A stretch of DNA of 64,000 nucleotides from Patescibacteria group bacterium (lineage in GTDB: Bacteria > Patescibacteriota > Minisyncoccia > Phycocordibacterales > SBAW01). The translations under genes and the position numbers were made by a program. Shown one piece after another: positions 27,419-39,843 of this stretch. Below the pieces are notes generated by a model, which saw only the letters and a list, made by a program, of their open reading frames with translations, did no database searches and had not been told where the DNA came from. Where the stretch lies: assembly GCA_028864875.1 (NCBI GenBank), contig JAGWLV010000001.1, positions 8,288-72,287 on the forward strand, written 5' to 3'. The number at the start of each line of letters is the position of its first letter. Positions within the stretch are counted from its first letter, which is position 1.

Positions 27419-27630
27419 TCTCGTCGCGACCACTGCCGAGCCCTGGCCGTCCGAAAGCTTGTGCGAGTGCAAAAGGGTGGAGGCCCACACGCTGTAGGCC
27501 ACGACCGTCGCGGCCGCTATCGCGCATACCGCCGGGACGCCTATTTTTTCTACAAATCTCACTCTCATACAACCTATGATGCACAAGAGAAGTGATTCTT
27601 ACATGAATCAGTGCGCTGTATAATAAAGGC

Positions 27631-28185
27631 ATGGAAAGTTTCTTTTTGGTCCCCGGGGAGGCGCTGCGGAGCGCGGGTCTTGCCGAAGGCATGAAGGTGG
27701 CCGATTTGGGCTGCGGCGGGGGCTTTTTTGCGCGCGCGGCCGCGCGCGCGGTAGCGCCGGCGGAGGTGTGGGCTGTGGACCCCAACCGCGAAATACTCTC
27801 GCGGGTCAAGAACCTCGCCTTGGGCGAGGGGCTCCACAATGTCGAGGTGCTCTCCGGCACGCCGCAGGCGAGCAATCTCCCGGCAGGGCGGTTCGACGTT
27901 GTTATTGTGGCCAATACCCTCTTTGCCGAAGCTCCGGAGGAGCGCGGCGCGGTTGCCGGAGAGGCACACCGTTTGCTCCGCCGTGGCGGCAAAGTGGTCG
28001 TCATAGACTGGAGCGGTAGCCACGGCGGGCTCGGGCCCCACCCAAACCACATTGTGGAGGAAAAGGTGGCCCGCGCGCTCTTTGAGCGCGCGGGCTTCGG
28101 CTGGGAGCGCGCGCTCCCCGCGGGCTCCTACCACTGGGGTGCGCTATTTAAGAAAGGCGGGCATAGCATTAAGAAGGTACAATAG
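27631..28185 (+). CDS. Class I SAM-dependent methyltransferase
   Basis: Motif I VADLGCGGGFFA, Rossmann-fold MTase layout (Methyltransf_11/25-like). Confidence 0.8.
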   Translation: MESFFLVPGEALRSAGLAEGMKVADLGCGGGFFARAAARAVAPAEVWAVDPNREILSRVKNLALGEGLHNVEVLSGTPQASNLPAGRFDVVIVANTLFAEAPEERGAVAGEAHRLLRRGGKVVVIDWSGSHGGLGPHPNHIVEEKVARALFERAGFGWERALPAGSYHWGALFKKGGHSIKKVQ

Positions 28186-28193
28186 AAAGAGCT

Positions 28194-29516
28194 ATGGGTT
28201 CGATGTCAACCTTTCAGTTGTTGGTCATAGGCGCGTTTATCATCCTCGCCATCGTGGGGGTGGGGGCCTTTGCTGTGTTTGGCGGCGCGCTCGGCGGCTC
28301 GGGCGTGGGGCCGGTAGTCGTATGGGGAACGCGCAGCCAAGACGAGATGACCACACTCATCGAGTCCCTGCGCTCGCAAAACAAGGCCTTCGAGCAGGTC
28401 ACGTACGTGGAGAAGGACCCGTCGACCTACACCAAAGAGTTGGTGAGCGCGATGGCCGCGGGCACGGGGCCGGACCTCTTTTTGATCGACCAGGAAAACT
28501 TGGGCGCGTTTGTCGACAAGGTTGGCATTATCCCGTACGGCGCGATTTCCCAAGGCACGTTTGCCAACAGTTACATCGACGAGGGTCAGGTGTTTCTTTC
28601 GCCGCAGGGTGCCTATGCGCTCCCGTTCCTCATCGACCCGATGGTCATGTACTGGAACCGCGACCTCTTTGCCCAAGCGGGGCTTGGGCAACCGCCGACT
28701 TTGTGGAGTGACTTCACCAAAGCGGACGGCATCCCGACCAAAATCAGCGCCATCGACACCTCGCAAAATGTAAAGCGCTCCGCAGTCGCAATGGGCGCGT
28801 GGGACAATGTTGCGAACGCCAAGGCGATACTCTCGACACTCTTTATGCAGTCCGGCGACCCGATTGTGGGGCGCGACTCCTCGACGGGCAACTTGATATC
28901 GGTCTTCGGCCGCACGCCGAGTGCGGCGGCGGAGAATCCGGCATCATCAGCGCTGCGCTTTTATACCGAGTTCGCCGACCCCGGCAAGTCGACCTACTCG
29001 TGGAACCGCGCGCTCCCGCTGTCGACCAACGCGTTTGTTGCGGGCGACGTGGGCGTGTACTTCGGCTTTGCGAGCGAGTATCAAAGCCTGCTGCAGCGCA
29101 ACCCCAACCTCCACTTCGGCGTTGATGTGGTGCCCCAGCTCCAAAATGCGCCGCAGATGACGTACGGCCTTTTGACCGGCGTCGCCATCTCGCGCACCGC
29201 GCACAACGTCAACGGCGCGCTCGTTATTGCGGAGGCCCTGACGGCCCAAACGGCGAGCGCGGTAGAAGCGCGCACCACGGGCTTGCCGCCCGCGCGCCGC
29301 GACGTGCAAGTGGACACCTCGGGCAATGCGGCCGCGGCGACGTTTGTGCGCTCGGCCTTGATTGCGCGCGGGTGGCTCGACCCGGACCCGGCGTCGACCA
29401 ACTCCATCTTCAAAGGCATGATAAACTCGGTCGTATCGGGCGCCTCGACTCCGGACGCCGCCGTCTCGGACGCCTCTCAAGAAATGAGCCAGCTCTTTAC
29501 TCCAAATGCTCAATAA
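28194..29516 (+). CDS. Extracellular solute-binding protein (ABC-type, family 1), membrane-anchored
   Basis: N-terminal TM anchor, MalE-like periplasmic binding-protein fold over 440 aa. Confidence 0.7.
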   Translation: MGSMSTFQLLVIGAFIILAIVGVGAFAVFGGALGGSGVGPVVVWGTRSQDEMTTLIESLRSQNKAFEQVTYVEKDPSTYTKELVSAMAAGTGPDLFLIDQENLGAFVDKVGIIPYGAISQGTFANSYIDEGQVFLSPQGAYALPFLIDPMVMYWNRDLFAQAGLGQPPTLWSDFTKADGIPTKISAIDTSQNVKRSAVAMGAWDNVANAKAILSTLFMQSGDPIVGRDSSTGNLISVFGRTPSAAAENPASSALRFYTEFADPGKSTYSWNRALPLSTNAFVAGDVGVYFGFASEYQSLLQRNPNLHFGVDVVPQLQNAPQMTYGLLTGVAISRTAHNVNGALVIAEALTAQTASAVEARTTGLPPARRDVQVDTSGNAAAATFVRSALIARGWLDPDPASTNSIFKGMINSVVSGASTPDAAVSDASQEMSQLFTPNAQ

Positions 29517-29928
29517 GTATAAACACATCGCCGCGGGCATAAGCATCGGAGCGCTCGCGCTCCTCCTTTCTCCCGCATTTACGTTTGCACAAAGCGCTCA
29601 GCCGGCAAACTGCGGCGGCGGTACCTGCTCGATTGCCAATCCGCTCAACACACTCAGTTTCTGCGGCTTGGTCAAAAATGTGTTGGGTGCGGTTATTGCG
29701 ATAGGCATCCCCATTGCAGTTATTATGCTCGTGTATGTTGGCGCACAGTTTGTGTTCGCGCAAGGGAGCCAGGATGGCATTAAAAAAGCCAGAGAAAATT
29801 TAAAGTACACCGTCATAGGCATCGCCATATTCCTCTCCGCGTGGCTCATCGCGCAAGTCATCGCCAACACGGTCAACAACCTCATGCAAGGCACAGGCGT
29901 CAACCCGTTCATCTCATCGTGTAACTAA
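29506..29928 (+). CDS. VirB2/TrbC-like pilin-type small membrane protein, paralog 1
   Basis: Signal peptide, Cys-pair motif (CGGGTCS...FCG), two hydrophobic helices; pattern typical of CPR T4SS-pilin-like proteins. Confidence 0.6.
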   Translation: MLNKYKHIAAGISIGALALLLSPAFTFAQSAQPANCGGGTCSIANPLNTLSFCGLVKNVLGAVIAIGIPIAVIMLVYVGAQFVFAQGSQDGIKKARENLKYTVIGIAIFLSAWLIAQVIANTVNNLMQGTGVNPFISSCN

Positions 29929-30273
29929 ATGTTTGGACCAGGAGACACATTCAGATCGGTCGTCACAGCCCTCGTCGGGCTCATCGACATGATTATCCCG
30001 GTCTTGACCGCGGCGGCCATCGTATTCTTTTTCTACGGACTCGCGGTCAAGTACATGAAGGCACCCACAAACAAAGAAAATTGGAACATGGTGCTCTGGA
30101 GCCTCATCGCGCTCTTCATCCTCTTCTCCATTTGGGGGATACTGCGCGTGCTGCAAAACACGTTCCTCGGCGGGGTGGGGAGCGGGGTCAACTGGGGCGG
30201 GCCGGTGCACACCTTTAGTACCCCAAGCGGCAATGCCAACAGCGGCCTGTGCCTGTTTGGCAATTGCTACTGA
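29929..30273 (+). CDS. VirB2/TrbC-like pilin-type small membrane protein, paralog 2
   Basis: Same two-helix architecture; start abuts previous stop; C-terminal Cys pair (CLFGNC). Confidence 0.55.
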   Translation: MFGPGDTFRSVVTALVGLIDMIIPVLTAAAIVFFFYGLAVKYMKAPTNKENWNMVLWSLIALFILFSIWGILRVLQNTFLGGVGSGVNWGGPVHTFSTPSGNANSGLCLFGNCY

Positions 30274-30326
30274 TATCCACACAGGGGCCTTCGCGGGGCA
30301 TATTTAGAAGTACAATTACTATATAT

Positions 30327-30689
30327 ATGAAAAAGCTTTCCATACTCTCGGCCATACTTTTGGCTGCGCCGGCGGTTGCCTTTGCCCAAACGCCGACTGA
30401 CCTGCGGTCGCTCATCGCCTTTGTGGGCAATATTCTTAATGCACTCATTCCGCTTTTGATCGCATTGACCCTTGTTGTTTTTTTCTACGGCCTCTACAAA
30501 TATGCGCTAAATCCTGGTGGTGGTGGCGGTAAAGAGGGGGGCGGCAACACCAAGCTCCTTTGGGGTGGGCTCGTCGCGCTCTTCATTATGGTGTCGGTGT
30601 GGGGTATCATCCGCATCGCGCAGAACACCTTCGGGGTCAACAACTCCGCTCCCATCACCATCCCGCAAGTCCCGCAGGCAGTGCACTAA
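30327..30689 (+). CDS. VirB2/TrbC-like pilin-type small membrane protein, paralog 3
   Basis: Signal peptide MKKLSILSAILLAAPAVAFA, helix, Gly-rich loop, second helix. Confidence 0.6.
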   Translation: MKKLSILSAILLAAPAVAFAQTPTDLRSLIAFVGNILNALIPLLIALTLVVFFYGLYKYALNPGGGGGKEGGGNTKLLWGGLVALFIMVSVWGIIRIAQNTFGVNNSAPITIPQVPQAVH

Positions 30690-30692
30690 CAC

Positions 30693-30959
30693 GTGTCCAA
30701 CAATTCGTTCATAGGTACGGTGCTCGGCAACTTTGTCTCATACATCGTCAATCCGGCGCTCTTGTTGCTGTTTGCTGCGGCATTTCTTGTATTTGTGTAC
30801 GGATTGGTAAAGTTCATCGCCAAGACCAACTTCAGCGGCCAGGTTGATACGGACGGCAAAAAACAGATTTGGTGGGGGATAGCGGGGATGTTTATTATGG
30901 TCTCCGCGTGGGCCGTCATTATGCTCATCCGCAACACGATAGGACCGGGCTCGTTTTAA
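30693..30959 (+). CDS. VirB2/TrbC-like pilin-type small membrane protein, paralog 4
   Basis: Two hydrophobic helices, same spacing as paralogs 1-3. Confidence 0.55.
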   Translation: MSNNSFIGTVLGNFVSYIVNPALLLLFAAAFLVFVYGLVKFIAKTNFSGQVDTDGKKQIWWGIAGMFIMVSAWAVIMLIRNTIGPGSF

Positions 30960-31026
30960 ATAAAAGAAAAAGGGCGCCCTCAACTTTTTAAGTAGTGGGC
31001 GCCCTTGTTGCCTGCGCGGTGCTGTG

Positions 31027-31326
31027 TCAGTAGCGCCGCGGCGGCCGTTCATAGTAGTGCAACCACCGGTCGATCATGCCCGGCTCGGTCTTTGGAGTAG
31101 AGACATACCGTGGGGTGGAGTAGGACCCCGGGCGGGTATGGACCCCGCTCGTGGGATAGTACGCGCTGACGAAGGGCGTACCAAGGACCGCGATACCCGC
31201 GACAATCACCAAAGCCCAGGTGATCCGGCCGAGCGACTTTTCCGCTTGGATAGCGGCGTCGTCAATCACTTCCGAGGGGACTTTGCGGGTTGGCTTCTCT
31301 TTGGGGTCGTTGATCGTATCAGCCAT
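31027..31326 (-). CDS. Small membrane-anchored protein, hypothetical
   Basis: 99 aa, one TM; start overlaps stop of upstream gene (operon). Confidence 0.5.
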   Translation of the reverse strand: MADTINDPKEKPTRKVPSEVIDDAAIQAEKSLGRITWALVIVAGIAVLGTPFVSAYYPTSGVHTRPGSYSTPRYVSTPKTEPGMIDRWLHYYERPPRRY

Positions 31327-32552
31327 TATTGACCTCCGGGAGATTGCGGTTGTGCGCCGCCGCGGAGTGCTTGCGCGAGCCTTTCAACAAAGCTCGCGAT
31401 GCCCGCCGCAGTGGTGTTAAGGTTCGAGCTTGCCCGCTCGCCGAGCTCGAACTCGAAGGTCTCGCGGTTTGTCTTGCCAACGTTCGCCATGGCGATGTTG
31501 ACCGCCTCGCCGTGAGTAACCTTCGACCCTTCGGTAGTGCCGCTCTTCTCGATATCCTTGGCGGTTTCGAGGATTTGCGTCATTGCCACCTTTCCTTCGG
31601 TGGCTTTGTTGTACTCCTCCGAAGGAGTCGGGACCCCGAAAGGCACTGTCTCGGCAATGACGCCGTACTGTGCTTCGAAGGGGAGCCCTTTGGTGTCGCG
31701 GTGTCGCGGGTCCGACTCGCCGCTTTCAGTCACGCCCTCGAGTGCCAAGATGAGCGTATCTTCGAGTTTGGAGAGCGTCTCGGCTTGCTGGACATTCTCG
31801 AGCGGAGTGTCGAGAATTTCGTCGTTCATTGCGTTTTGCACGATGTTGGTCGCCGCCTGCTCGATAGACTTGATGTCGTGGCTTGCGTTGACCAACAGGA
31901 GCGGCGGGAAGACCCGCATACGCAGCATCGGGTGCTCGAATGTCACCCGCACCTTGTCGCTTGTCCGGAAAGTTGCCGGACGGGACACAATGCTGCTGCG
32001 TATGGTCAAATCATCAGTCTTCGGGTCCAAAGTTTCCAATGGACCAAAGGTGATGTTGAGGCCCTGCAAGTAGACATGCACCCGCCGGGTGAAGAGCTGC
32101 ACCGCCTTTGCACCCGTGAGTTGAGGCACAGCGATGATCCAATTTACTCTCTGCGCCGCCCAAAAGACGGCCGGCGCGGCGAGTGTGGCGACGAGCACGC
32201 CCTGGTACCACCACGGTATGTAGTGGCCGGAGAGACGTGCGATGGTGTCGAACACAAAGACCACCGCGTACGTGAGAGTGGACACGGGCAGGACGAGACC
32301 CACTATAAAGAAGAGGACCCGTCCCCACGTGTTGCCCACTTTGCCGCTGATGCGGTAGCCGTACGCTGCGCCGATGTGGCGCAATTGACGGGCCGACATC
32401 AACTCAAGCGGCGAACGCCGCTTACCTTCGGTTCCGGGCAGCGATGAGCCGGAGCCCTTGCTTGAGTCCGACCACAAAGCCGCCACCGCTCCCGCCAGTA
32501 TGGCGAAGACGATTGTCAGCCAGAACCAGTTGTCCGCCAAGAATTTCATCAC
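31326..32552 (-). CDS. Membrane protein with SPFH/band-7-like central region (tentative)
   Basis: N-terminal TM helices, then beta-rich segment resembling SPFH/stomatin core, acidic C-terminus. Confidence 0.45.
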   Translation of the reverse strand: MMKFLADNWFWLTIVFAILAGAVAALWSDSSKGSGSSLPGTEGKRRSPLELMSARQLRHIGAAYGYRISGKVGNTWGRVLFFIVGLVLPVSTLTYAVVFVFDTIARLSGHYIPWWYQGVLVATLAAPAVFWAAQRVNWIIAVPQLTGAKAVQLFTRRVHVYLQGLNITFGPLETLDPKTDDLTIRSSIVSRPATFRTSDKVRVTFEHPMLRMRVFPPLLLVNASHDIKSIEQAATNIVQNAMNDEILDTPLENVQQAETLSKLEDTLILALEGVTESGESDPRHRDTKGLPFEAQYGVIAETVPFGVPTPSEEYNKATEGKVAMTQILETAKDIEKSGTTEGSKVTHGEAVNIAMANVGKTNRETFEFELGERASSNLNTTAAGIASFVERLAQALRGGAQPQSPGGQ

Positions 32553-32636
32553 GGCGCACTCCTTTTGATGTTGTGGGCAAGGTGCCCATTCAGCCGAGGC
32601 AACCTTACCACTTAAAAATGAGTATTGTCAATAGCT

Positions 32637-32726
32637 GTGCCGGGGGAGCGACTCGAACGCTCACGAGGATTTTTAGTGCCTCCCGGGATTTTAAGTCCCG
32701 TATGTCTACCAATTCCATCACCCCGG
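32637..32726 (-). tRNA. tRNA-Leu (anticodon TAA)
   Basis: Long variable arm, acceptor GCCGGGG/CCCCGGC, anticodon loop CTTAAAA. Confidence 0.85.
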
Positions 32727-32737
32727 CATTTTTTCTT

Positions 32738-32809
32738 GAGGCCACGGAGGGATTCGCACCCTCGCATAACGGTTTTGCAGACCGTCGCGTTGCTTCTTCG
32801 CCACGTGGC
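32738..32809 (-). tRNA. tRNA-Cys (anticodon GCA)
   Basis: Acceptor GGCCACG/CGTGGCC with discriminator U, anticodon loop CTGCAAA. Confidence 0.8.
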
Positions 32810-32811
32810 CA

Positions 32812-32884
32812 GTCCGCCCAGTAGGACTCGAACCTACAACCAACTGCTTAAGAGGCAGCTGCTCTACCAATTGAGCTATAGGCG
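32812..32884 (-). tRNA. tRNA-Lys (anticodon CTT)
   Basis: D-arm GCTCAATTGGTAGAGC, anticodon loop CTCTTAA, T-loop TTCGAGT. Confidence 0.8.
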
Positions 32885-32912
32885 GATATACAATAAAGTA
32901 CCATAGCACGAA

Positions 32913-32994
32913 TGCCCTCGTGGCGGAATTGGTAGACGCGCGTGGCTTAGGACCACGTAGAGCAATCTGTGGAGGTTCGAGTCCTCCCGAGGGC
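32913..32994 (+). tRNA. tRNA-Leu (anticodon TAG)
   Basis: Long variable arm, acceptor GCCCTCG/CGAGGGC, anticodon loop CTTAGGA. Confidence 0.85.
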
Positions 32995-32995
32995 A

Positions 32996-33304
32996 CTAAG
33001 AAGTAAGTTCATCTAACCGCTGGCGGTTTTTTTCGCCGCGGTCGAGCACAAACTCCGTGTGCGAGGGCGGCATCCCTTTGACCCGCTTTTTGTGGTAGAG
33101 GATAAAGTCCCGCCCGCGGCGGTTGAGGAACTCTATCGCACGCTCCTCGTGCGCTTCGGGGAAGACGGTGACAAGCACGGTCGCTTTGGTGCCCGCGTCG
33201 TTGAGCCGCACACCGGTGACGGTTATCATCGATTGGCGGTTCGTTTCTTGGTTGATGAACTCCGCCGCGGACTCATGCAGTGCTTGAATGTGGCGCTCTC
33301 TCAT
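32996..33304 (-). CDS. rbfA: Ribosome-binding factor A
   Basis: RbfA KH-like fold pattern, conserved context downstream of infB. Confidence 0.75.
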   Translation of the reverse strand: MRERHIQALHESAAEFINQETNRQSMITVTGVRLNDAGTKATVLVTVFPEAHEERAIEFLNRRGRDFILYHKKRVKGMPPSHTEFVLDRGEKNRQRLDELTS

Positions 33305-33332
33305 ATATTTTCGCTTTGCTCACGCATAGAAT

Positions 33333-34889
33333 TTATTTAAACGCTATCTCAAAGGGCTCGAGCCGGTCGCCCGCGGCGGGCAGTGCGTCGGTTTTAAGTT
33401 GCGCGCCGAACTCGGCCCCTTTCTCCACCTCTTTGACCTCGCGCTTTTGGGACTGGAGCGACAGTATTTTGCCCGTCCCCAACTCGACATCACGCCGCCA
33501 AATTTTTAGTTCATCGCCGAGCCGCAGGCGCCCGTCATCCACGCGCCCGCCGAGCACGATGCGCCCGCCCTTCCACACGGTAAATATCTTGACCACGCGC
33601 GCGGAGCCGCGGACCTCCTCGACGCGCTCGCGCGGGCGGCGCGCCTCGATGCGCCCGCCGAGCCACTCGGCGAGTTTGTAGATGATGTCGAATGTTTTGA
33701 CTTCGATCCCGTTGCGCTCGGCCAAGTCCGCCGCCTCGCGCTCGATCTTGACGTTAAAGCCGACCACAATGCCGCCCGGGCCGGCCAGCTTGATGTCACC
33801 GTCGGTTATAGAGCCGACGCCGCGCGCGAGCACGCGCACCTCGTAGGGCATAGTTGCCGACGAGGGGAGCGTGGCGAGCACTTTGTCGAGCTCGTGCACG
33901 ACGGCCTCGGCGGTGCCGGCGACGTCGGTTTTTATAACAAGCGGGAGTATCGTGAGCTTCGGTTCTTCTCCCTCCGGCGCACCATCCGCTCCGCTCCTCG
34001 TTGCCTGCTTCGCAGTCGCACTACGGGGCTGCGCGGACGGTGCGCCTTCGGCGTCCTCCTCTGCCTCGCGCTTGGTTTCGACCGACTTCCACGGGTCGCC
34101 CACGCGCGGGAGTGCGGAGAAGCCGACCACCCGCACCGGTTGCCCGGGGCGCGCCTCACTCATCTTTGTGCCCAAGAAATTTTCCATGATGCGCGTGGGC
34201 GCCCACGTGCCGCCCGCAACGACGAATTCGCCCGCCTCGAGCGTCCCGTTTTGGACGATGAGCGTCGCGGTATTGCCGCGGCGCGGGTCAACGTGCGCTT
34301 CAATAACAACTCCGCTCCCTGGGAGTGTTGCGTCGGCCGCAATTCCTTTAAGCTCCGCCGCAAGCAAAATAAGGTCGAGCAGGTCGCTCACACCCTCGCC
34401 GCTTTTGCCCGAGACCGCCACAAACGGCACATCGCCGCCCATGCCTTCAAGAAATACCTGGCTCTCGAGCATGCTCATCTTGGCGCGCTCGAGGTTTGCG
34501 CCCGGCTTGTCTATTTTGGTGAAGGCGACGACATAGGGGATACCCGCCTCCTGGATAAGCTTGAGTGCCTCGAGTGTTTGGGGCTTGGCCCCCTCCTCGG
34601 CACTTACGACCAAAATCGCGACATCGGCGATCCCGAGCCCGCGGCTGCGCATCGCACGGAAGGCTTCGTGCCCTGGCGTATCAAGAAACGTGATAGAGCC
34701 CTCGACGCCCTCCTTTGTTGTGTGCGGCGCTTCGTAGGCCGAGAGGTGCTGGGTGATGCCCCCCGCCTCGCCCTCCACCACGGAAGTTTTGCGGATGTAA
34801 TCGAGCAACGTCGATTTACCGTGGTCGATGTGTCCGACAACGGCAACAATGGGCGGTCTGCCGACCGCTATGGTCTTTGGCCCTGGCAT
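33333..34889 (-). CDS. infB: Translation initiation factor IF-2 (short form, 518 aa)
   Basis: G-domain [24 protein letters not shown]-2 domains II-IV; lacks long N-terminal region. Confidence 0.9.
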   Translation of the reverse strand: MPGPKTIAVGRPPIVAVVGHIDHGKSTLLDYIRKTSVVEGEAGGITQHLSAYEAPHTTKEGVEGSITFLDTPGHEAFRAMRSRGLGIADVAILVVSAEEGAKPQTLEALKLIQEAGIPYVVAFTKIDKPGANLERAKMSMLESQVFLEGMGGDVPFVAVSGKSGEGVSDLLDLILLAAELKGIAADATLPGSGVVIEAHVDPRRGNTATLIVQNGTLEAGEFVVAGGTWAPTRIMENFLGTKMSEARPGQPVRVVGFSALPRVGDPWKSVETKREAEEDAEGAPSAQPRSATAKQATRSGADGAPEGEEPKLTILPLVIKTDVAGTAEAVVHELDKVLATLPSSATMPYEVRVLARGVGSITDGDIKLAGPGGIVVGFNVKIEREAADLAERNGIEVKTFDIIYKLAEWLGGRIEARRPRERVEEVRGSARVVKIFTVWKGGRIVLGGRVDDGRLRLGDELKIWRRDVELGTGKILSLQSQKREVKEVEKGAEFGAQLKTDALPAAGDRLEPFEIAFK

Positions 34890-34912
34890 AGCAAAGATGA
34901 GTATACTCTAGA

Positions 34913-36097
34913 GTGATGTGGTTTAGAAAGAAGCGGATTTATGCCGATGCGGCGGCTGCGACGCCGTTGAGCGAGAAAGCGCGCGCGGAGATGCTGCGTT
35001 TGCTACCTCTGTATGGCAACCCGGGTGCTATTCATACAGAGGCGCTCGAGGCCAAGCGTGAGCTCGACCTCGCCCGCGCGCGCATCGCGCGCGCAATCGG
35101 CGCGCACGCAGACGAAATCGTCTTCACCGCAAGCGGCACCGAGGCCAACAACCTGGCCCTCCACGGCGCGCGCGGGCACGCCATAACGTCCGCCATAGAG
35201 CACCAGTCGGTGCTCGAGCCCCTGCGCGCGACCGGCGCATCTGTAACCGAGCTGCCGGTAGATAGAGAAGGTGTTATTGATATCGCGCAGTTCAAAGAGT
35301 CGCTGCGCGAGGATACGTCCATCGTTTCAATCCAGTTGGTCAACAGCGAAGTGGGCACGATTCAACCGATACAAGAGCTACGGCGACATATCTCTCGCCG
35401 ACGGCGCTCCGGGCCGCTAGGCCAAGTCCTACCGTCGCCTCAAGATGTGTCGCCTCCACTTTTTCATACGGATGCATCACAGGCGCCGCTGTGGCTGCCT
35501 GTTAATGTCGAGGTGCTCGGGGTCGATCTCTTGACGCTCGATGCACAAAAGATGCTGGGGCCGAAGGGCGTGGGCGCTCTATATATAAGAAGGGGCGTGG
35601 AAGTGCAGCCACTCATACGCGGCGGGGGGCAAGAAGGCGGCCTGCGTGGCGGGACGGAGAATGTGCCCCTCATCGGCGCATTTGCGGTTGCGCTAGAAGA
35701 AGCGCAAAAAGATGTAGAGGCGCGCGCCCTGGGCACAGCCGCCGTGCGCGACTACCTGTGGGGCGAAATCAAGCGCCTCATTCCCGGTGCAATTTTAAAC
35801 GGCCCCGCGCAGGGCGCGCGCCGGAGTCCGAATAATCTGAACATTTCCATCCCTGGACTCGAGGCGCAGATGGCCGTAGTGTCACTCGACGCACAGGGTA
35901 TAGCCGCAGGCACCCGCAGTGCTTGCGACTCGGGGGATGAAGACCCCAGTCACGTTATTGTGGCGCTCGGCACACCGCCTGCGCTCGCAACAAGCGCGGT
36001 GCGCATCACCCTTCTGCCCACGGCGACAGAGGTCGATGCCCGCGCCATCGCCGCGGCCCTCGCGCACGCCGCGGCGCTATACCGGGCGGAGCAATGA
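34913..36097 (+). CDS. Cysteine desulfurase (class V aminotransferase, IscS/NifS-like)
   Basis: PLP-fold, HTDASQA pyridoxal-lysine region, catalytic-Cys loop ...AAGTRSACDSG...; contains an Arg-rich low-complexity insertion. Confidence 0.85.
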   Translation: MMWFRKKRIYADAAAATPLSEKARAEMLRLLPLYGNPGAIHTEALEAKRELDLARARIARAIGAHADEIVFTASGTEANNLALHGARGHAITSAIEHQSVLEPLRATGASVTELPVDREGVIDIAQFKESLREDTSIVSIQLVNSEVGTIQPIQELRRHISRRRRSGPLGQVLPSPQDVSPPLFHTDASQAPLWLPVNVEVLGVDLLTLDAQKMLGPKGVGALYIRRGVEVQPLIRGGGQEGGLRGGTENVPLIGAFAVALEEAQKDVEARALGTAAVRDYLWGEIKRLIPGAILNGPAQGARRSPNNLNISIPGLEAQMAVVSLDAQGIAAGTRSACDSGDEDPSHVIVALGTPPALATSAVRITLLPTATEVDARAIAAALAHAAALYRAEQ

Positions 36098-36128
36098 TTT
36101 TATAATGCACCTATGATACAGTGGCCTC

Positions 36129-36941
36129 ATGGACATAGAGAAGCTGACTAAACATCAGATAGTGCTTCTCACTCTGCTGGTCAGCTTTGTGACCTCTATA
36201 GCGACCGGCATAGTGACCGTCGCGCTCATAAACCAGGTGCCTCCCCAGGTGCGCCAGACCATCAATCAAATCGTCGAGCACACGGTCGAGCAGGTTGCGC
36301 AAGCGCCGGCGGCTGTCGTTTCCTCTGCAACCGGCGGCACCATTACAAAACAGACCACCGTCGTTGTCAAAGATGACGACCAGGTCGCGCTCTCGATTGC
36401 GCAGGCGCAAAAGGGGATAGTGCGCATCGTGAGCACCAATGACCCCCAGACGCTCCTTGCGCGCGGCATCATCATCGACAAACAGGGCACCGTGCTCTCC
36501 GACCGCGGAGTGCTCGAGCCGATGGGCACACTCCAGTTCGAAGCGTATCTCCCCGACGGCAAGTTGGTACCCGCCGTCATGCGCGTCCCGCAGGGGACGA
36601 GCACCATCGCGGTCCTCGATCTTTCTATTGCATCAAGTTCCGCGGCGAGTATTGTACCTATTGCCCTTGCCGATTCCGGTAAGCTTGCGCTCGGCTCGAG
36701 CGTCATACGCATCGGCGGCAGCGGCGGAGACACCGTGGGCGTGGGTGTCATCGCAAAAATTCCGTCCGCGATGTCGGACGCTCATCGCGACCTCATCGAG
36801 AGCACGGTAACGTCCTCTACACCGGGTTCGGTCATCATCACGCTCTTCGGCGATGCGGTCGGGCTCACCACCGGCGACTCCTCCTCCTTGGGCAGCGACT
36901 TCTACACGGTAGCGAAAGTTCCTCCGACCAAGAATCAATAA
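36129..36941 (+). CDS. Membrane-anchored trypsin-like (S1C-type) domain protein, possibly catalytically inactive
   Basis: N-terminal TM, HtrA-like beta-barrel pattern but His position replaced (LSDRGVL); GGSGGDT at Ser position. Confidence 0.45.
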   Translation: MDIEKLTKHQIVLLTLLVSFVTSIATGIVTVALINQVPPQVRQTINQIVEHTVEQVAQAPAAVVSSATGGTITKQTTVVVKDDDQVALSIAQAQKGIVRIVSTNDPQTLLARGIIIDKQGTVLSDRGVLEPMGTLQFEAYLPDGKLVPAVMRVPQGTSTIAVLDLSIASSSAASIVPIALADSGKLALGSSVIRIGGSGGDTVGVGVIAKIPSAMSDAHRDLIESTVTSSTPGSVIITLFGDAVGLTTGDSSSLGSDFYTVAKVPPTKNQ

Positions 36942-36945
36942 TCAT

Positions 36946-39660
<2,715 letters not shown>

Positions 39661-39662
39661 AG

Positions 39663-39692
39663 CAAAACCCGCCCTTCAGAGCGGGTTTTGTT
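39663..39692 (+). terminator. Rho-independent terminator after clpB
   Basis: aaacccgc-ccttcaga-gcgggttttgtt. Confidence 0.7.
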
Positions 39693-39693
39693 A

Positions 39694-39779
39694 TGGTGCG
39701 TCGGGGAGGATTCGAACCTCCGTAGCCCGAAGGCGACAGGTTTACAGCCTGTTGTAATTGACCACTCTACCACCGACGC
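39694..39779 (-). tRNA. tRNA-Tyr (anticodon GTA)
   Basis: Long variable arm, acceptor GCGTCGG/CCGACGC, anticodon loop CTGTAAA, CCA encoded. Confidence 0.85.
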
Positions 39780-39843
39780 AGACCCACACAGAATACAATA
39801 ATTCCACCTCTCCCGCAAAAATCTGGTGCTACAATTTGGATGT

